From Octopus vulgaris (Eukaryota): a stretch of DNA of 64,000 bases. Below, one piece after another: positions 54,945-64,000 of this stretch. Each line of letters opens with the position of its first letter. The stretch's first letter is position 1. The notes beneath the pieces were generated by a model that worked only from the letters and a program-made list of their open reading frames with translations, had not been told where the DNA came from and did no database searches. The position numbers and the translations under genes were made by a program. Location: contig OX597820.1 of the NCBI GenBank assembly GCA_951406725.2, forward strand, positions 125,674,001 through 125,738,000. The letters are read 5' to 3'.

Positions 54945-55355
54945 AGTGCCAAGGAAGAAGTGGTCCGACTGTGGGACATCTAAGAATGTGACAGCTTCGA
55001 ATTTAAGGCATATTGGCCGCAAGTTACGTGGGAAACATGGACAAAGAAGGAAAGCCATTTTCACCATGGCGACCAATTACACCCTCCCATGCTTGATAGT
55101 TAGTACTAGCACGAGCGTTAAAGTCGCCCATAAGGCGTCGGTCGTAAAATTCATCCTGCTCCGTGGTGACCATGTTTGGGGCATAGCAACTGACAAGCGT
55201 AGCACCAGAGTTGTGATTATGTTCCATGATGCGAAAAAAAATACCATTGGGTAGAGGAAGAAGGGATCTAGCATTTCGTGTTTTGATGGCAGAACCAACA
55301 CCAAAGTTGAGTGGTTCGTCTTCATTTCTTCCACTCCAGAAAAAATATGTATCCA
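54945..55355 (-). mobile_element. RTE LINE apurinic-endonuclease fragment
   Basis: YFFWSG..FGVGSAIK..TLVSCYAP..DEFY..LMGDFNAR..WEGVIGRHG. Confidence 0.9.
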
Positions 55356-55356
55356 C

Positions 55357-55407
<51 letters not shown>

Positions 55408-55424
55408 CACACACGCACACACAC

Positions 55425-55553
55425 ATCGGGCATCTTTAAGTTTCCGTCTACGAAATCCACTCACAGGCTATATTAGAAGACACATACCCAAGATACAATG
55501 CAGTGGAACTGGACCCGGGACCATGTGGTTGTTAACCACACAGACACTCCTGT
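55425..55553 (-). mobile_element. Decayed 5' part of the 44-kb SINE family
   Basis: agtttccgtctac.aaatccactcaca..agaagacac..gcagtgg.actg.acccgg.accatgtggttg. Confidence 0.8.
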
Positions 55554-55949
55554 ATATATATATATATATATATAGTGAGTGTGCATGTGTGTATTTTCCT
55601 TTATATTTAGTTCTGCATTGGCTTGTTTATGGACTATTTGTCCACTTACGGTACATGGTGTGTGTGTGTTTACTGTCGGTGTACTGTTACCTCAATCTCT
55701 CCATAATCACATTACATATTTTACGCCAGCTTCGACCTAAATTATAGTGTTCGTCTAATGAACTAGAATAAATATAGCTATTGTGCAATCTTGCAAATGA
55801 ACAGTGCAGCAAATAATCTTCACTGCTCATTAACCTGAATAAATGCGACGCACAGACACTCAGTGTTTCAGCTCATTGTCCAATGAAGCTCGTTCTCTTA
55901 TTCGTTTGTAATACTACAACAGTTTTGTTTCTACCAGTGCTTCTTTTAA

Positions 55950-55988
55950 CATAACTACTACTACTACTAACACTACTACTACTACTAA

Positions 55989-56027
<39 letters not shown>

Positions 56028-56170
56028 AACAACAACTACAACTACTACTACTACTTCTAATACTAATACTACTAACACTGCTACTGCGGCTGCTGCTGCT
56101 GCTGCCGCCACTGCTGCTGTTACGAATAATAATAACAATAATAATTACAACAGCAACAACAACAATAATG

Positions 56171-56205
<35 letters not shown>

Positions 56206-56218
56206 TGTAAAAGAAGAA

Positions 56219-56250
<32 letters not shown>

Positions 56251-56425
56251 ATATGATGAAGAAGAAGGAGTTGGAAAAGAAGAAGAAGATAAAGAAGAAG
56301 AAGAAGAAAAAGAAGAAGAAGAAGAAGAGGGAGGAGAAGAAAAAGAAGAAGAAAAAGAAGAAGAAAAAGAAGAAGAAGAAGATAAAGAAGAAAAAGAAGA
56401 AAACAACAACAACAGCAGCAACTAC
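55950..56425. repeat. Compound trinucleotide microsatellite (ACT/ACA/GCT/AAT/GAA/AAC)
   Basis: Direct reading. It accounts for the poly-S, V, L, E and K ORFs. Confidence 0.97.
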
Positions 56426-58941
56426 TTGTTACGATAACGGCGACAGGGATGCTGCTATGGAGATTATTGCACGTATTACAACCGTTATGGAGGTTTATGA
56501 TTATTATTTCTATAATTTCTTTGAATCTGAATTCCGTATAATTACCGATATTGTATTTCCCTGATATCATGTACTTTTTTTCATTCGCAAGACTTCTAAA
56601 ATGTTATACCATATAGAGACGAGTCAATCGCTTCTTACGATCTTTGGTAGGTTTGATATTCCGTGTCTGCATGTGTGTGCTCAGTATTTCCGGGGCTATA
56701 GTAGGATATTTCTGCACTACGAAAGCAGTAATCTCTTACAAAAATAAAATTCATGAGGCTTATAGTTATTTTGTCAATCGGATACAAGCATAACGAAATT
56801 ATAGCCACCCTAACAGGGAGAGAGGCCCATTTAAGCTGCGTCTGAGCAACCACAGATTCAAGGGCCTTCGTGTTTTGCATTTAGATGAAAGACACTAGAG
56901 AGATTCACATACTAGATGTAGAAAAAAACTGTTATCTTCTACTATTCATGTATTCAATTGTACTTACTTGTGTGTGATTCTATGCCTTAAAAATTGTTTG
57001 TTTCATGTTTTCGTGTATGTGTATGTGTATATGTATATATTTATAATGAAATTACTTCTGCTTTGCATGTAGAAAGTTCAATCAGGCAGTAGAGGATTAC
57101 GTTGCGTAGAAAGCAAATGAGCTTTTTTTTTTACACAGGGTTACTTAAACGATTTTAAATTCATAGCTCTGGGTTCAGTTTCAATATGAGCCTTTAGTTG
57201 CAGAAATCCTGTATACTAAGAGATGCGGTAAGAGCTTTCAATATGGAGATGGTTCATATACTTTTGGATCCTGTAAAGCTACAAAGTGTGATGCAAGTTC
57301 TGAAGTTCTCTAAAACATGTTAAATCTATCATCTCTTAAATGCTGGTTCGCATCTGTTCAGGTTTGGTTACGGATCTGCATTTTGTGTTTCATGAATTGT
57401 ATCATTTCAGAAAAAAAAGAAAATGGTGATAATTCTCTTTGAATTCTATGAGATCTGTTCAATTTGGCTCACAGATGTTTTAGTTACTTTTTCTTTTAAC
57501 TAAACAGTTTGAAATTCCGTATACTGGTGGAATATCTCACACTGAACACGGTTTACTTTGAACATTTGGAGGTGGCATCGTCTTCGCTCGACAGCTTGAC
57601 ATTCGAAAAGTACACAGTGGTGATATGTAGCAGAGTTGACCCGGAAGTTGTTCCTCTTCGATGACTATCGCAAACAGCAGTAGCTTTCTTCACTTGGATA
57701 GATGTCGTTGACTGGTTGAAATTACCCAAATGCCACCTTAATACGAAATAACTTCTAAAATACCAAACTGAACAGATCTATTCCATATGGTGATAATTCT
57801 ATAGGATAAGAATTCTATTTGAATCGATCGCCAACTATTTATATTTACTTACGTATCACATAAGTGATTAATACTTTGCATAGGAGCGGAAGTACAGTCA
57901 AATAGAATTATAACGATGTATATCATCATGAATTTATTTTTTATTGAAATATTGCAACTTTTGAACACAAATATATATCCGTAACAACAAGAAATCTCTT
58001 TGATACAAAAGTGAGAATCAGCATTTAACAGCTGTGAAGGCAGATCAGTTAAAGAAAATGATATTCAAAACAAAGTATACAGTTAGTTCATAGAATAATT
58101 AAATCTCAGTATTTACTCCTTACTTGTGAGTATTCCCTGTCCGGAAGATGACTAAACCAGATATTCTTTAAATGTCTACCATCTTCATTAGTGTCTATTG
58201 TCATTGCTGATTTTTATTTTGTATTCGGTTAAATAGTTAAAAGTTACTAAACTTTCAAATTATTTACTTTAGATTATATTTGATATTAAACAGCTAATGG
58301 TTATGCAGTGTGATACTTCTGCATTTATTTATTTTATTTGGACATTTACAACATATACACTGTTCAGTAAATTTTGATAAACCAGTTTAACAACGAACTA
58401 CCTGAGAGAAGATAGCTGTTTATTTTATTTGTGTATATTTAGTTAAATATTTATTTATGTAGTTATTTTGAATCTGTAAAAGTATAGAAATCTTTCATAT
58501 CGTTCACACATTTCCTGCTAAAGGTCAGATAACTAATAAGTGTCGTATTCATTTTGTTTGTTTGTTTTATTTATTTACTTTTTTAAAATGAGAGTGAAAT
58601 TTTGTTTAGCAAATAAAGCACACCTTGCAATAAATAGGAATGTCACAGACAGTGTGTGTGTGTGAGTGCAGGCGTTTACGATCATAGTCCTGCACCAGCT
58701 ATCCAGTTTGACAGACTTTAAATTTAAGGGAGCATCCATTTTTGTCATTAGTATTCTTAAACATCCATTAAAATTATATCTTCTTTTTTTTGTTCTTTCA
58801 TGTTAGATTTGATGGTTTGATTCAGAACAAGTTATGAACTTCAGAAGTTAATAATTTTGCATATCATCCATCACCTCGTATTATTAATATCACATATATT
58901 TTAACGCATTCTATATCTATATACTCATACATATACATGTA

Positions 58942-58975
<34 letters not shown>

Positions 58976-59654
58976 AATGTAAGCGACCATAAGTATATAA
59001 ATGTATATATGCACATATTTAAGGACATATATAGCTGTATTATACATATATATTCCCTTATTTGGCTCATACTCCCATTCGCATGACTACCTTGGTTTTA
59101 TATATTCTTAGTTAAATTTACACATACAAATATTCATATAAATGTTTCTTTGAAATCTAAGTGGTTTTGCAGTCGTTCCGTAGATATTACAACCCATGTA
59201 TATTTGTGAGTTGATAAAATGTGGTTAAAGAATATACTGAAATTTCATATCATTTGGCGTTTGAAGTTGCATTTCAAAGTTAAAATTCTAATAAATCAAC
59301 GCGAAATTCATATTACCGTAACTCGTAAATAACAAAAGTGTAGAAGTTGAGAATAATTAAGAGATATTTTTTTCCGTGAAATATCAACCGCGCAAAGTAC
59401 GCAATCTAATCATCAGTACTGATATCATGTTAAATAAATATATTGCATACATTTTATATCTGTGTGTGCGTGTGTGTGTGTATATATACAGATGGATATA
59501 CATATATATATATATATACATACACGTATATACATACATATATATGTGTGTGTGTATGTATGTATAGGTATATTCATGTATGTATGAGGAAAACACATAC
59601 ATGGATGCAGGCGACTATCTATCTATACAGGTACATACACAAATATCCAAGCAT

Positions 59655-59913
<259 letters not shown>

Positions 59914-60154
59914 GCATGTCAGTTTGCATGTGTGTTTATGTCTATGTATAGATAGCAGTGTGTTTCATGTATTCGAAAAGATTTTTGTGTTTTAATACAA
60001 TCACTAGACAATTTTAATGCGCCTCACTCGTGATATTTAATTAACCTGGTAACATCTATGAAGTCATCCTGCTTGCAATGTCAATCAACTCTCCTTCAAT
60101 ACTCTCCTGTCAACATGCAGGGACACACTTGAATTATTTTTATATATAAAGCTG

Positions 60155-60209
<55 letters not shown>

Positions 60210-60759
60210 CACGTAACTATTAATATAGGGCCATGAAATTATGCCTCTGATCATAGGATGGATCATGTTGGAGGCAGCTCTAAATATCAATAAGAAAAAA
60301 TATTAATATACTGTGCTTCCAGCGCATTTTGAAATTAGAGAATTAATATATATATATATATATATATATAAATATGTGTAAGTTTGTGTGGGGGGGTTTG
60401 CGCGCGCGCGCATGTATGTGCGTGCCTGTCTCACAGCCATCTCACAGATTCGTTAGTACGCCATGCAAATTGCTCAGCGGCATTTCCTCCGCTCTGAGTT
60501 CAAAATTCCGCAGAGGTCATCTTTGCCTATCGTCTTTCCTGGATCGAATATATATAGACGATGGGAAAACATTATATGCAGATTTGTTTCTGTATTTATC
60601 TAAAAGAAAAAATAAAAGCAGTGGCTGAAAAATTATATAATTTTTCGACAGAATCTTCTGCTTTTCGACGCACTCCTTCCAGCCTGCTTATTGCAAGTCG
60701 CTAGAAAAGTATATAGTAATTTCCGAGTAGAATGAGTTTTCATTACTAACTAGTGGTTA

Positions 60760-60806
60760 ACACATGCTGAGGACGGGGAACCGCTCAGAAACTCTAGTCC
60801 GTATGT
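60760..60806 (+). ncRNA. Type I hammerhead-like motif with GUC cleavage triplet
   Basis: ACACAUG-CUGAGGA-CGG-GGAA-CCG-cuca-GAAAC-UCUA-GUC-CGUAUGU. Stem I pairs 6/7, stem II is 3 bp with a GNRA loop plus a 4-nt bulge, and stem III is 2 bp with a tetraloop. Confidence 0.65.
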
Positions 60807-60956
60807 ATCACGTAAGGCTAGGGTTAGGAGCGATAACCTCCTCTCGCAAATACTAATCGGGTACAGATTGTGTGCCGTTAGCCAGGTGGAAGAGATGCCT
60901 TCCTGAAGCTATAAACAAGAGTAGCACTGTCCTGTGTCGGACGCCTAACTTAGTTG

Positions 60957-61027
<71 letters not shown>

Positions 61028-61029
61028 CA

Positions 61030-61525
61030 TATAAGCTACTAGGGAGGGACTCACGAGACTGATACTCTATTCTCTGGAACGTAGGAAATATATGGCACAA
61101 TATGCATCTGGAAGATTCTAAAGGTACTTATCCAAAATATCGGTACGGAGTATTTCAGTAACGCTAGAATATGACAACACGTTATAACGGCCAAAGACTC
61201 CAACTTTGTCTTCAAAATATAGGAATATAGAACAAGATATTGCAATACCCTGGGCTTTGAAGACCAAAAGCTATTTAGTATCCTCCCCAAGGAACTGAGA
61301 AACATAAACGGGGTAGATGTCCTCATATTAAAACTAGATATCTCACTGGCAAGAGTCCCAGACGAACCAACTTCACAGCAGGAAGTTCAAATGAGGGCAG
61401 CCGCGTCTAAATCTCACATGTACAAATGGCAAATTCTAAAAAGAAAAAGTGAAATAAAAATTATGTAGCAACAGGATCTGGTTGCGCCCCAGCATGGGCG
61501 CAGCTTGTGAAGCTACTAACTTCAA
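61030..61525 (+). mobile_element. CR1/L2-group LINE 3' end (second family)
   Basis: ILYSLERRKYMAQYASG, RYCNTLG, RPKLFSILPKELRNINGVDV and LARVPDEPTSQQE, with tail ggttgcgccccagcatgggcgcagct. Confidence 0.82.
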
Positions 61526-61717
61526 TACATACGTGTGTAAGCTATGTTTCTATGCAGCACATTCGCAGATATTTTAGTTGTTTGCAATAAGTTAGGCAGA
61601 TGACAAGTCTTACTAAATAATGAATTGACTACACACCATCGTAGACATGCGTTCGTGCATATGTATTTGCATTACAAACGTACGCGCACACACACAGGCA
61701 CACAGATACACATATAT

Positions 61718-61770
<53 letters not shown>

Positions 61771-61811
61771 TGTGTGTATGTATACGTGCACATATATATA
61801 TATATACATAT

Positions 61812-61842
<31 letters not shown>

Positions 61843-61975
61843 TACATATATACACACATCAAAATTAACGAATATATTTGTAACTTACTTCTTTCCGTTC
61901 ATCCGTAGCTGGCGAATGAAAATTGTTTATTTATTAAATATTAATTTATTTATATACAAAAGAGTAACAAATGCA

Positions 61976-62019
<44 letters not shown>

Positions 62020-62095
62020 TATATGTATATATATATAGTGAAACAGACAGACAGAAACAGAGATAAATTGACAGATATACATATATATATATATA

Positions 62096-62147
<52 letters not shown>

Positions 62148-62189
62148 TGATTGATTCCAGTTTCAGCTCATGAGTGTGGTATATGGGGC

Positions 62190-62221
<32 letters not shown>

Positions 62222-62702
62222 ATACATACATATATATATGTATATATATGATACATAGATAGATGTATATATATACATACATATATATATATGTCTGTGT
62301 GTGTCAGTGCGTGTGTGTGTATGCGTGTGTTTGTGTATGTAAGCAATTGAAACTTTAGTTTTCTAGTCGGTGCGCTGGGTTATAGTTCCGCTAAAAATCC
62401 CATATAAATTTAAAATGGCCGGATTTCCGGAATTATTTCCCGGGTTCGCCAATGAGAGTATTTGATCTTCCTCAAATGTTATTTTTTAATGTTCTCATCA
62501 TAAAATTGCTTCAACGTATGTGCGTGTGTGTCTGTGTGCGTGTGTGCGACAGAGAAAAATATATATACTTATACTATTTACATATGCACATCCCGAGACA
62601 TGGGAATGGAACGAGAGACAACCAAACCTAGAGAGAAAAATGCACACATATATGCATACATACATATATACGTACTTACATGTATATATGTACATACATG
62701 TG

Positions 62703-62750
<48 letters not shown>

Positions 62751-62772
62751 TATGTATGTACATATATATACA

Positions 62773-62822
<50 letters not shown>

Positions 62823-63573
62823 TATACACTCAAGTACACACCCACTCACACGCACACACACACACACATAGATGGAAACATATAAAATTCTAATAAATAT
62901 ATAGCTTTCAAAGGTGACCCTATATTTTGCATTAAGTGTCCACCTGATTTTTAAAAAGTAATTGAAACAATAAAAATTGCAAAACCTATTCAGTGTTTTG
63001 CATGGTTTTAGCAGCATATAAATTGTATTAACGAAATGAAACATAGATATCCATATAAAACAAACTTAGTTTTTAAAATGTCGCTTGTAAATATAAACCA
63101 TTTCTCTATGAAAATATAAAAGTACAGCGGCTCTTAAGAAGTATTTTTGGCCAATGACATTATGAAGATAAGTTCTCTGTGTCTACACAGAAACTTTGAA
63201 CTATGCCCATTTAATGAGATGTACGAATATCGATTTTGTTATAGGATTGCTACAGTAACTATTCTCGGGTGATGCAATCGATATGATGAGTATTTTGTTC
63301 TTTAAGTACATATATCTCTGTATAAAGAATATAGGAATATAAGATTTATGTGTTAACTTTGAAACATAATACATGATTTGGTGCTACTACACTATTAGGT
63401 GAAAGATATTGTCACGACAAACGATTTAAAGTAGGGTTCATTCATTTACATTTGGCATTGACAGACTTACATATACAAACACTAATAGTTATACACATGT
63501 ACGTGTATACACGTACACACACACATATATATATATATACATACCTATGTATATACATTGTTGTATTTGGGGA

Positions 63574-63776
63574 TGGTCATGTTACCAGTTTAGCCAATGA
63601 AAACACACGTACTATATATCTTGTGTTAACTTGCTTCAGCTTTATTTGAAATTAATACAATCCAATACAATTAATACATAATAAATATCGAATTTTAAAA
63701 ATAAATAACGCTGAAGCAAGTGAACACCGAATATATAGTGCATGTGTTTTCATTGGGTAAACTGGCAACATGACCA
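63574..63776. repeat. MITE-like foldback element (about 74-bp arms)
   Basis: tggtcatgttaccagtttagccaatgaaaacacacgtactatatatcttgtgttaacttgcttcagctttattt versus the reverse complement tggtcatgttgccagtttacccaatgaaaacacatgcactatatattcggtgttcacttgcttcagcgttattt. Confidence 0.9.
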
Positions 63777-64000
63777 AGAACCTTGGTCATGCCTACTTTT
63801 GAGTCTCTTGCCGTGATATAAGTTCAACTGGGATCTTTGACAGCAGGAAGGGAAATAGTTGCTTTTGTTGTTTTTTTTTAAGACACCTATCGCCATTCCA
63901 TGTAGATCTTCTCATAAATGATGCATGGATTAATGTGTTTAGATATTACGGATATTGGTATTAATGTGTATAAAGTCTATAGATACTCACGCTTGTTTTT

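Noticed and set aside
55873-56570. Poly-S, V, L, E and K ORFs on both strands
   Set aside because: They come from a compound trinucleotide microsatellite that is open in several frames.
62361-62500. Possible Helitron 3' end on the minus strand
   Set aside because: CTAG is present but the hairpin is too degenerate to call.

Overview
AT-rich, microsatellite-dense eukaryotic DNA. I infer a cephalopod (Octopus-like) source from the repeat families, unverified. I can support no intact host protein-coding gene; most listed ORFs are translations of (TA)n, (CA)n, (TACA)n or triplet repeats. The window is mostly decayed transposons: four Penelope-like retroelement (PLE) bodies, a full-length 1.29-kb mariner nested in one of them, Tc1-like, rosa/DUF4817-like and hAT (Charlie/Buster-type) relics, RTE, CR1 and restriction-like-endonuclease LINE fragments, tRNA-derived SINEs, Helitron-like elements and several foldback inverted repeats. 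The most interesting signal is about a dozen hammerhead-ribozyme (HHR)-like motifs from several sequence families, with covarying stems. Highlights are a four-motif cluster with long inverted repeats at 12.8-15.1 kb, a divergently oriented inverted pair at 34.1-34.6 kb, a GUC-site type I motif at 60.76 kb outside PLE context, and a repeated family with hammerhead topology but a non-canonical core. All alignments were made by eye, so boundaries are approximate unless TIRs or TSDs are quoted.
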